Assembly: GCA_030141605.1 (NCBI GenBank)
Contig: JAQGDQ010000100.1
Span: 62,001-126,000, forward strand
Source: Tubiluchus corallicola
Taxonomy: Eukaryota > Animalia > Priapulida
Length of the DNA: 64,000 nucleotides
Direction of reading: 5' to 3'
Each line of letters opens with the position of its first letter. The first letter of the stretch is position 1. Of the stretch, positions 13,189 through 25,181 are shown one piece after another. The translations under genes were made by a program, and so were the position numbers. Under the pieces are notes generated by a model. That model was not told where the DNA came from. It saw only the letters and a list, made by a program, of their open reading frames with translations, and did no database searches.

Positions 13189-14673
13189 TTGAAAAAAGAA
13201 GCCCCGTCATTTTAAAGCAAACTTTCTACAGGAAAAGCTGAACTCTGCGAGGATGGTCACGCCTTGTGCACATCACAAGACATTATGACATCAAAATTAT
13301 ACGAAATAAACAAACGAATAACATACAAACAAACGAATAAATATGTAGAGGCACGCAATAAACGAAAGAAAGGACAACCAAACGAACTAATTTACCATGG
13401 CACTTGTATATGCGCAAATGTGCGAGAAATGATGATTTCAAAAGTTAACGGAATCGGTATTAGCGAGTGCCACAAAAACTAATGTTAAATATATATTAGC
13501 TTTTGTTGGTTCAATAATAATGGTAGTAGATGGCAACACTGAGTCCCAAGTGCTGTAAACAATGTAGATAATAGTACATGATGTATGATTCGTAACATGA
13601 TAGGCTAAAAAGAACAGGAAAATGTTATAAGAAGTTGTTTCCAGCAAACAATTCCACTTTCCGCTAAAACAGAATTAATGTCTTGACTTTCTTACCAGTT
13701 AAATGCCCCCCCCCCAAGCACCCTCTGCAATCTATACACTCTATACAGTACACTGAATACAGTGCAGCGTGAACTTCGGTTAGAAGTAAACAGGGAATAT
13801 TGGCAGAATTGGTGTAAACTGTCGTTCACACTTCACTGTCGTTAAAAATACATCACATTACAACTCGGCGTAAACAGGAACTACAACTACGCAGTAGCCT
13901 ATAGGAATGCCTTCGCTCTTAGTTGTACATAAAATTTTCGGTTGATCACTTTTTGTGTATTATTTCTTCTCTTACGGCTTTTCTTTCAATGTCAAAATTC
14001 AGTTTTTCTTATAAATTTCGGAAGCTATCTCCTCTTATAAGGTTTGACAGCAGGCTGTTGAAAATCGGGTAGTGATAAAGAGGTGGAATTCCTGTGCACC
14101 GGACTAAGTTTACTTTTGTTACGAGGAAACTAAGTGAATATTGAATATTGAATTCTATTTGAATAGAATTGAATTGAACTTAATTGTATTCGTCCCAGAC
14201 AACATCATAATTTACAGAGTCAGAAACAGCTAGCATTATCGCACAGCTAGCGAAAAGCAGAAACAAGTGAAAATACTAAAATAAAACTACTGATTTTGAG
14301 GCAACTAAAGGAAAAGTCTGATTTTGCCACAATGGTTCTCACTAAGAAAGCTAAACAATCCGCAAACAACGCTGTGTTTGAATACTTTGAGATACATAAA
14401 AATTGAGTATTTCCTTACAATTTTATTTTTAGTTTACTTATTAATTTACTTTTTTTAGTTTTCCTGGATTTAGTTCTCCTGTTGTCTTTTCTTTCGTTTA
14501 TTACGTGTCTTTACACATTTATTTGCTTGTATGTTATTCGTTTGTTTTGTTTATTTCGTATAATTTTGATGTCATAATGCCTTGTGATGTGCACAAGGCG
14601 TGATCATCCTCGCAGAGTCCAGAGCTTTTCCTGGAGAAAGTTTGCTGCACTTTAGGATAACTCTTTCTTCAAT
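13189..14673. repeat. Long inverted repeat: arms ~13189-13390 and ~14470-14673, spacer ~1.08 kb
   Basis: Left CTCTGCGAGGATGGTCACGCCTTGTGCACATCACAAGACATTATGACATCAAAATTATACGAAATAAACAAA is the near-perfect reverse complement of right TTTGTTTATTTCGTATAATTTTGATGTCATAATGCCTTGTGATGTGCACAAGGCGTGATCATCCTCGCAGAG. Similarity continues with indels on both sides. Confidence 0.9.
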
Positions 14674-14891
14674 GTTTCGTTGTTCCGTTACCTGTTACGA
14701 TGCATTTTGTGTTCTATTGTGCTATCTTACTACCGTATTGCACTGCATTGTGTTGTGTTTTACAAGCACTACTTACTTTTGTATAAAATTAATAAAAATG
14801 GAAGAGTGCTTTCAAAACTTTGAATTTTGTGCCGTTCTGGGCGTCTGACTTAAGGTGCATAAGTTCAGACCCATACAGCTTTAAGCACTAA

Positions 14892-15324
14892 AGGTAGGCT
14901 TAGGTCGATCTTGCGACGCGACGCAACTGAGAGCAACTGGGCTCTCGGTAACTGGCGGGATACGGTATGCTGCCAGTTCCGAGTATGTCCAGTCGACATA
15001 AGCAGGCTTGCAACGCAACTCAACTCAAACAACTCACTTTTAGCGAGGTGCTAGTGTTCTACTCGCGACATACGGTATCAAACCCCTTTCCCAATCTAAG
15101 CATTTTTCAACAATTATTGTGGTCTGGTCACGTAGTCTGATCAGAGATTTTTTGTTTGCGCACGCCCAGTCGTCGTTGACCTCAGCGCTGTTGCAACTCG
15201 CGGGAACTCGTATCTTCCTAGTTGCTGGAAATCAATCGCAGTCGACCTGAGCGTGTGTCTACGACTGTTTCCTGTCGTAGCTGAGGCGAGTTGCGTCGCG
15301 TTGCAGGTCGACCAAAGCTTGGCT
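14892..15324. mobile_element. Non-autonomous TIR element (MITE), PIF/Harbinger-like
   Basis: ~32-bp imperfect TIRs GGCTTAGGTCGATCTTGCGACGCGACGCAACT (14897-14928) and AGTTGCGTCGCGTTGCAGGTCGACCAAAGCT (15289-15319). Flanked by TAA/TTA-type triplets; GC-rich, non-coding. Superfamily is inferred. Confidence 0.8.
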
Positions 15325-17272
15325 TAAGCCTTTGGCTCGGGCAGCCTCTAGCTCCATCTGTTATCAGCAAAACGAATGTTTTTTTTAAATTTTCCCAATT
15401 TTAAAGAATCCACAAAAGAATGAAATGAAGTTTTGCGATTTGTTATCCATCATGCATTCATTACAGGTTAACTTGAAAGCTTTTTTAATTTCTGTGTTGA
15501 GCATTTTGGCTTTGGGCCAAACGCAGCGCAGACCAATTTTAAAAAAAATCGATGAAAACCAAATGTGTAAAACCAACCGGTGTTAACACACAGTTCACCA
15601 GATTACTGCATTACTCAACCATAACCGCAGCCTAAGGCAGAAGTAATAACCTCTCACATTGAATTCACTTAACAGATTCTACTTGCTTCAATTTTGCAAA
15701 TGTAGTTCGCCATATTTTTTATTCTTTACGAGCAGTGTAAATAATACTTCACAAGCCGTTTATTCGCAATTCGTGCATGCGAAGAAGGAAGTGGTTTGTA
15801 ATGTAGCCTATGCTTCTGCGCCAAATTTAAAACCTGGAGACAAGTCTATGCATTTTATTCTGTGAAATTAAATATTAGTAAAATTCAACAATAAGTTGAG
15901 GTAAGTGACGTTAACACCCTTTTATAACTCTCTAATTTCGTTATTTACTGTGAAAACTGTATCTTTGGCAAGCTCTTATTTCGACAAACTTGAAGCTCTT
16001 ATACAATGGCGCCAGTATGTGCATATATTAACTTTAACTGTGTGAAGTGCACTTACAAGAACTGAAACTCACTTCGAAATATGCATAAAAACCATTCTTC
16101 TGCCTGTATGGAGCTCTGCAGTATATGCGCACGTTATGGTAATTAACATTTAATACATTCGTTAATAAGTGCTTTCACTAAATAAAAAACTTTCTAACAG
16201 TAATTTTTTAGCTTTAAAAGTTTTTTAGTTTTTTTCATTATGTCACATGTTGAACGTCGCAGCGAAAATTTATTTTGGTTGAATAACTAATAGGATGTAA
16301 TATTTTATTTCGAATGATGTTGCTTCAAGTATAGCTTAATTAAGCTAATATTTGGTAGTGGCACTTATGTTGAACAGTTCGTACTCCCACACGTAATTGC
16401 TACGCATGTTAATCGTCTTACGCGTAGCATAGAAAATTTACTATTATGAATGTCTAGAATAAATAAAATAATTAACTTAGGCCTTATTTAACTTAGATAC
16501 TCAGATTAGTATGCTCAGATACATGTAGTTTGTGAAATAGCCTTAAGCCAGTGAAACTCTGGAAGTTTCGTACATTTTTTCTTGATAAACTGCTCGGAGA
16601 TCAATTAGCTTGCAGGGAATTTAACAAGAAATTGCACCAAGTAAACGTTTATGAGTCGCTTTCTTCCCTTTGGAAGTGAAAGCAACAATGCAAATAATGG
16701 TCATACCTTTAGATTGTTAGCCTAGTAAGACGTCTCTCACGAATTTCTAAGAAATTAGGGAGGCGATTTGTTCCGCTAGGTGCATGCCATCAGCATTCAA
16801 GACTTCAGCTCCCCTACAGAGTTTTAATGCTTTGTGTTTATTGCACAAGCCTGCAATTTTAAACCATCATTTTTGTTTCGGGAGCGGAAATTGTCGGCAG
16901 GTAAATCTGTCGTTTGATTATTATCACTTTTGCGTAGGTTAAAACATGCAATAAGTTGTTTTATAGCTGCAATAGTCTAATGAACAGCTAGTGTGGGCTA
17001 CACTGGGCTGTCCATTCAGCGTAACGATGATTCAGGCAACAGTTCAGTGGAGTTTTTGCTAGTGGCTATTAGTGTTAAAATTCCATTCCACATCCTGCTT
17101 GATCATTAATTGTTCAGTCGATTGTCTGTTCACTTGTTGATCACCTGACTTCACGATCTAGTAAGGTGTTAAAATTGACAATTGTTTAATAAGTTTTATG
17201 GTAGCATACGTAGACTATTAGAAGTAAAGTGTGGGTTCAAAACATTGTTTATCTATATTCTTATTTTCATAA

Positions 17273-20200
17273 ATGGCGGATGAAACATGTGCATTGGAAC
17301 AAACTCGGCAGAGGGTATGTTATATTATACATGTATTAAGTTTTAATAGCATTTGCGAGATAAGCACTATAATTTTTACGAACTGCTAGTGGCATAATTA
17401 TTAAGACTGGATAAAAGTTTAATTTTGAGGTAATTTTGACGTTTATTGTAGATGCTTTTATTGTAATTGCGATTCTGTAGGACATGTCAAAGCAGTAGAT
17501 AATTAAATTTCTATTTTACATTTCATACAAACATGAAAAATGAAATGCTGAAAAGGCTAACCCTGTGCTAGTCTTAACTAATAATAATTTGCATAATGCA
17601 TGCCATAATGTTAATTCCAAGTCTTGTTTTGAGGCAGTTAACATTAAAATTTCTATGACTAAAATTCACAAAGTAACCACTTAAATTTTATATCATCATC
17701 ATCATACGACCAACCAGGGCAACGGGCAACATAAACAGCATCGTAAGCATAAAAAAATTATAATTAATAAATTAGTCCTCTCACATTTCAATCAATCATC
17801 AGTCAAATAAACATACATTTAAACGTGATGCAGTGTAGTTGTACAGCCTTATGAATGATAAATTCGTCTAACAAATTTGTCGTAATATCTGGTTACATAC
17901 GTATAACAGTATAAGTTTTTAGACATTTCTGTGAGTACTATGTTCTAATCACAGCATTAGCAAACTGAAAAATCACTTTTGCGATGTTATTATAATATTT
18001 GAACAATAATTGTCCATCCATATATGGTCATTGGCGTGTGAACGACATGCTGACTGACTAGCAACTACTTTATTAAACTTTACAATAGGCTTCTCAATAA
18101 CGGTTATTAGCAGTTTCGCAGAATTTTTGTCTTTGATCATGTCATATTTATATCGTTGCATTTAGACCTATAAGGTTAATAACACCCGCGTAGCTAGAAG
18201 ATCGAGGCAACGGTCCACCCTTTCGGCAGAAGTAAGTTATATAGAATATCAACAAAGTTTCAACATTAAAAGGAAGTTTCATCCCGTATTTCCGTTCCCG
18301 AGGATACAAATAGTATGATCGCCTGACGTCTCATAGTCAACAACTCTTAAAACGTGAAATGGTCGTATTCGTATTCTTTGGTGTGTACGTTTATGAGTCA
18401 TTTTTCAAATCAAGACGACAAAAATTAGGCGTACTTCTAAATCAAGAACGCCACATTAGAGCCATTTGCAATGACTGTGTACTGTGTAGGACTTTGTGCA
18501 ATATTGGATAAAGATGTTCTATAACTTCAGGTAATATAAGTTGAACAAAAAACTTCTCATCCACTGAGACGAGAAGTCGAATCTCTGTATTCTGAGCAGT
18601 TTTGCTTTTGCACCATAAATAAATTTCAATTTCTGGAACTCAGAAATTTGCTATACAAACCACTATAGAGATCACTATTTGTGCCTAAACTTTAAGAGAA
18701 AATGTAATATAACCGCCTTTTGCGATTGGTCGCATTGTTTGAATTGGTAAAACTTGTTGGGATAATTGTTCCCTGCGCTTGGTTCCCATGTCATTCTCAA
18801 GGTTAATTCTTTGTGACTGTCTTTGAAAAGGTGATTAAAATGACACCTCTTTGCACGAAAGTCAATGCAAAGCTAATTAGTACTATTGTTATTATGACAA
18901 AAGTTGAATAGTGTTTACTAGCTGGCTAAGGTTAACGATTATATGGGGGATACTTAGATTTGACCCTTTTGGCGAGGTCGTGAATAAAGGTTCAAGGACG
19001 TTTGATTTTTTGTTGTTGTTGTTGTTATTCAGACTGTGTAATAAACTGCAGCTGCAATTGTCGGATATCATGTTCGAGATAAGAAAATTTTGCATTAATC
19101 AAGACGAATTGCGCGAAGAAAGTGTTCCTTCAAAATCTACATTGAAACGCCTATGAAATTGATCTACCTTCCAAAATCATTGTCCCTGAAGAATTTTTCA
19201 GACTTATTTTTTATATGTTATTATTCTTCAAAACTATTTATCAATAACTCTACAAGAAGCTAATTAAGGCCCATTTCTGTGAATTACTAAGGGCTTGCGC
19301 ACTTCTGAATGTCACAACGTTTTTCATGCTTTTACTTGTTCATTCGTCTATATTTCGCAGATTTTAATAGTCCATTGTGTAATGTGATCTTATTCAGTCA
19401 ATAATTTTAATCAAATGACAGTAAATTAATTTAAATCAATTAATATGTTTGGTCATTTTTATTAATATACAAGTATAAGACGGTTTATTAATATTCACAC
19501 AAATCTGTTAAAACTTTTAGAATTAACCATTTTGAAAATGACACCCGATGTGTCGAAACGTAAATAAAATACATATTTGTATTAAAATTACTGTTTTGTA
19601 TTATCTATACTTATTTCATTAATCTCTTTTTGGTATTGCTTATAATTGTTTTGGAATTTAATAAAAAAATCGCCGTAAAAAATATAAATCAGTAGAATAG
19701 GTTTTTTTGACCAACAGTATTTTACCGAATGTAGTGTTGTTCTAAAACTTCGTGCTTTTCTCATTTTACAGAGAACTAGTTTCAGTGATTGGGTTAGGAA
19801 AAGTTTGCGTCGCAAGAAGGGAAGAAGGCGAAGTAAAGTACTTAAATCCGAAACAGACGGCATAAGCACTTCAATTAATGAAAGCCATAAAGGTGATGGT
19901 GTTCTGAAAGAGTGCTTTCATAAATCTATTTCCTTCGATCCATCTGTATTTTACAGTGTCTACGATGACGACAACGACAGTAGTTTTGGTGATGATGGTG
20001 GTAGTAAACCAAGATCCTCGTCAGTAAACACTTCTCCAGTGCAAGGCCGAAAAAACCTGGTGACGTCATTATCCGCAGAGGCAATAATAAGTGCTAACAA
20101 TGACAAGAACAATAACAACAAAATGGCAGACCTAAGTAAAGCAGCTGCTGCTAGATTAGCAAGCAAATACTACAACAGAAAGTACAACCCATTTTATGAA

Positions 20201-23200
20201 GACAGCGGTGATTCTGACGGTTCAGAAGAACTTGTGACAGCAGACTCAGCTTATGTTTCTCATGCCAAGTATAACTGCCAAATCAGGAGCAGTGGCAGAG
20301 TTGAATTATCTGAAGATAAATCAGTTCATTGTTCAAGAGAAATCACATCACTACAGTGTGAAAGCAATGATGATAGCGATTCTAGTGATAGCGATGATTC
20401 GAAACTGCGTTTACGTGACGTCCCTGATAATCACAGGATATCTGATGTATACTTGGATGAAAACGAAAAATTTCGCAAACTGAATAATGCGGAAGTATTG
20501 AAACCGCATTCAGAAACTGGGGCTGGTGAGGCAAAGGCCAGAAAAAAGAGCTCAGTAGCGATGACTCTAAAAAAATGGCTTGGTATGAGCGCCAGAACTC
20601 GCATTAGAATAAGATCAGTGAAAATCAAGACGCCACAACTTAACACAGAAGGTTCTGATGCTGCCTCGCTAGGAAATGTTGATCCTTTGTCATTAGAATC
20701 GGTATGTTTATTTTCTATGTTTGACCAGTGATTTGCCCCAAATGTTGTTAGGTTTATCTGTCCCCAGAGATTCATTCCACACTTCAGACTTATCGGTCCG
20801 TTAGTACCATTACCTAACAAGTCAGCTGGCTTCTTCCAACTCATCCTTTGTTGTATTAGCTAATTGGCTTCTCGCCAAAATTTTTATTGCCGCTTTTGTG
20901 TGCTGCTAGTAGAATTAAAATTAGGGGCAAATGATAGATTTTTAATGGAGTTGGTATTATGTTTAGAATGTTGTTAACCAATTTATGTTTGTGAAGGATG
21001 AAAGAAGTTAAAGGACTGCAGCAGGTTATGGCAAAATGAAAACAATGAGTCTCGGTTCATATCTATGTTATTTACACGTATATATATTAGCAATACGTTT
21101 CTCGGTGAAACTTACTCTTACATCTGTCTTCGCTTCTATAACAACTACGTAAAGAATTATTTATATGGTGTTTAGTTCTTTGTTGATGTTAAAAAGTTTT
21201 ATTATCCTTAACCAATGCTTTGACTTAATTTAATATCACACAAAGGATAATTTTTTTCGTTGTCTCTTATGTAGAGAGTTAAACCTGTACCGATTGAAGA
21301 CCTGTTAAGAGGAAACCATCCAGATCCGGATGTCACTTACAAGGTTCTTGTTATTGGTGAATCGTCAGTCGGGAAAACCTCCATAATTAACGTGGCCAAA
21401 GGGATGGACTTTGGTGAATTTCGAAAGAATCTTATGACAACTGTAGGTGTAGACTTTATGAACCAGGAATATGATATAGATGGCGCTAGGGTACGTTTAC
21501 AGATTTGGTGAGTGAAAGTTTCTCGTCTAATTTTGAGTTATTCTTCGCGTAAACACCAACCAGATTGCAGCACTTGCTTACCGAATCAACCCTAAGGTTC
21601 ATGTAGACATTAGATATAACGATCGCGAAACGAAAGAATGCAAATAAACCCGCAATTATAACAAATTTTTGAAATCAAACTTTATTTGACATGGTGTAAT
21701 GTGAAAAAGTGAGGACTGAATCTGGGTTTGAAGCAATTATCTTTGGAGTAGACTCTTTCCCGACTTTTCCGCATTTGCTCGCTTTTAGCCAACTTTGATT
21801 TCAAGAGTCTGTTAGAAAGGTAGGTTTGTTCCACTGTTAATCGATAAACGTGAAAATAAGATTATAAGTAAGCAAGGAATTTCGATATTTTAGCAGCGCA
21901 GCAACTGAAGTTTTCCATATTGTATGCTAATAATTTCCATTCTTGAAATATCTGTAGCGTAGTTTATTGCTTATATTGGTGCAACTCGTTATACTTTAGC
22001 CCTAAGAAGAAAGGTGCATTTTAAAGTATATCCCAAAGAACTTTCCATGCAAAGTTATATTTCTTAACATTACTCTTAGTTGATAGAAAAGAACTTACGT
22101 AGCTAGAAGAAAATTCTTAATTTAATATATTTTTGGTATTATTATTATTGTTATTATTATAACTCTAATTAATTCAGAAAATACATAAGACAATTGTACA
22201 ATTCGAACAAGCCTCTATTTGCAGGGCACAGTCACGAAATTTACATAAATGTTAGAGATTAAACTTACACATCACAACATACATTCACGTTGAAATGAAA
22301 AAAGGTTACAATTACATTTACCACTTGGTAAAACAGCACTACATCACAATCCCAATGCGTATTAAAAAACATATTATTGGTTGTGCACTAAAAAACATAT
22401 TGAACTTTTGCCCAATTAAAAAAGAGTGTGCTACAAATGCTCTGATTATTGTTTCAAACTTCACGCCGTGTTATCTAAACTTGTTTCAAGCTACTTGCTG
22501 TTAAAATGGCTGCGCCTATCAGTCTTTGTGCGAGTTTAAATTGCAAGTTTTTACAGCATTACTGTTAACGCTAACCCAGTATGTTATAAGACAGCATGAA
22601 AGTGATATTAAATTTTAAGACGAATTTTTAACCTTTGTTCATGAAAAGTGTTTTCGTGTGCTTTAGCTATACCTAGTTGAAAAGCCAGGGTACTTCTCTA
22701 CAGTTCAGCATATTTCAAAGCAGAATCCAGCATTTAGTAGCACTATGGATCTATTACAAATGATACTGAATCGCTGCTATTTATCGAAGAGAACCCTGTG
22801 AGATCAGATACTGAACCAACAGATGTTTTCACTTCCTTGACAAAATAAATAACCAGAAGCAGTATCACTGGCAAAAGTGCCAAAACAGTTTTGCTAGAGT
22901 CACTCATCAACTCGCTAAACGAGCTCCGAGTTGCTTAACTTTCGTAGCCAAGCAAACACTGTGATTGCTTGGCTATTCCTTCGCCCACTCGCTCTCTTGT
23001 TCGCTTATTCAAATTTAACAAATGTTAACAACATAAAATATATGTCCTATAATAAATGTAAATATTAGCCAATTATTTGGTACGTAAATGAAGCAAGTTT
23101 TTGTACAGGTAACAGTGTTGCGTTACACGCAATAGGCCTCTGTTTGTTTTCGTGTTTGTTTTCATTTGGGATTGGTGACACAACATCACTTACGCAAGCG

Positions 23201-25181
23201 CCATCGCTCTATCACCTTGAATTTATAACTACTGCATACTACGTTCTTATTGTTTACCTAGGGACACCGCGGGTCAGGAACGCTTTCGCACTATAACTCG
23301 TTTTATGTACCGTGGTACAAAAGGTCTAATTTTGACCTTTGACCTCACTGACAGAAGGACGTTTGAAGCACTGAACTACTGGCTCATGTCTTTGGATGAA
23401 GATGATTTGAATGGAGAAGAAATTATTCTGGTGGGAAACAAGTGTGACCTATGGTGGCAACGTCAAGTGACTAGAGCAGCAGCAGAAAAGGTACCTTAGA
23501 ATGCAAAAAAGTAATGTAAAATAGATTGTGCTTTTCGTGAATAAGGACCTTATGTAGAGCTCTGATACATAAATACAAAAACAATGTTAAAAATGATAAT
23601 GGCGGTGGCGATGATGATGATGATGATCATAATGATGATGATACTGCTGCTGTTGCTGCTGCTGCTGATGATGATGATGACGACGACGACGATGATGATA
23701 ATAATGACGAAGATGAATTTACGATAAAGATGTGGAGAAAATCGCAAAATCTCTAACTATTACACCAATACGCTTGCTTATCTGTCTAGTCAACGTTAAT
23801 GGTTTTTACGCAATTACATATTCAGCCTGCTATCTATAACAAAGCTCTATTATATTGATTTCTTTTTTTACTTATTTTCCAGTTTGCAACGTACCACTCT
23901 ATGCGCTACTTTGAAACAAGTGCAAAGGAAAACATTGGTATACCACAAGTGTTTCCCCAGATGGCTTTTGATCTGGTTGAGAGATTTCATCCAAGGCTGG
24001 TAGGTCACAGTGAATTTCATTGTTCATCTATATTAAATTTTTATGGATTTAAATTAAATACTTCAAGAGCTGTGGATTTCTTTGCTGCAGTGCTGCAGTT
24101 TCCTCAAATCAAGTTATGTATTATATATTCTTCTACATCATTTGTTTAGATTCAAGGAATAAGATTCCCTTAAATTTCAGAGCTGGTGTGGTACATCAAT
24201 TTACGTGTGGAAACTGCAATGTTTCCTATGTTGGCAAAACTGCCAGGCACCTTCATACTAGAGTATGTGAACGTAAGGGTGTCTAATTGATTCACGTCAC
24301 TATCATTTACTAGTAGATTCGTTAAAATTCATTGTAATAAAAAAGCAGTTTTATAACACATTAAGAGATGCAAGTTCTAATGAACCGGTGTGCTTCAAAA
24401 TTATTTAGTCTGTTAGTGCTGATGTTACTTTTTTGTAATCGGAAAACTTATTTATTTCATTGAGAAAAGACAAAAATCAACAAAAATGTGAAATCAGATC
24501 CTTGGAGTTGTTATAATTATATATATTATTATAATTATAATAATTATTATTCTTTCTTTATTGGTTAATTTAAACATAGTACAATAAGATAAACTATTAT
24601 TTTTGTTTGGATCTCATTTAGTAAAATTAGACTGCTTTTGGTCTAAAATTTGATTAAAATTTTTATGATAAATGCTGATGAAATTGAGCTGATTTCGAAA
24701 TGTTTTTTGTGCGGGTGTGTGTTCTATTGTATAAGCCTTCATCATCTTTTATCATTGGTATTTTTCTTCCTGATTTTTCAGAACTCGACATCTTTTGAAG
24801 TGTTTTATGTAAATTTATGAAATTTATTGTTTATTTTTCCTTACTTGATGTAAAAATTAAATTATTTGAGTTAAAAAGAAATTGTGAACTTTACAGCAAT
24901 TTTAATTTAGCATTTTTTAGTAGATCCTATGAAGTGTTATACATTTTTTCATTATATATTATAATTTTTATCAATAACGTGGAAAGGCAAATCAAAGGAC
25001 TAATGTGTATCTTAATTACTTCCAGCTGAAAGCTTACAATATGACTGTGACAGAACTAGCCAAAGAAGAACAAGTCAGTTCAAGAAGCTCGCCTAGAGAA
25101 AAACTGAAAGCGGAAAATAAAAAGAACAAAAGAAAAAAGGAAAAGAATGACAAACGCAAAATTATTGGGTTTAAAACGTAG
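17273..25181 (+). CDS. Atypical large Rab-family small GTPase (~568 aa) with long N-terminal extension and no C-terminal cysteines
   Basis: Exons 17273-17314, 19772-20701, 21275-21507, 23262-23490, 23883-23999, 25026-25181, all GT-AG and in phase. G1 GESSVGKT, switch I TTVGVDF, RLQIW-DTAGQERFRTIT (RabF motifs/G3), G4 GNKCD, G5 ETSAK. The GTPase exons are secure; the first (MADETCALEQTRQR) and last exons are inferred from splice signals and frame. Confidence 0.85.
23594..23715. repeat. Degenerate (GAT/GCT/GAC)n trinucleotide tract in a Rab intron
   Basis: Directly visible. Confidence 0.85.

Noticed and set aside
20431-20844. 137-aa minus-strand ORF
   Set aside because: Antisense shadow of the Rab's large coding exon, with no independent support.
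4478-25181. EF-hand + Rab fusion gene (RASEF/Rab44/CRACR2A type)
   Set aside because: The EF-hand exons are on the minus strand and the Rab exons on the plus strand, so these are separate divergent genes.
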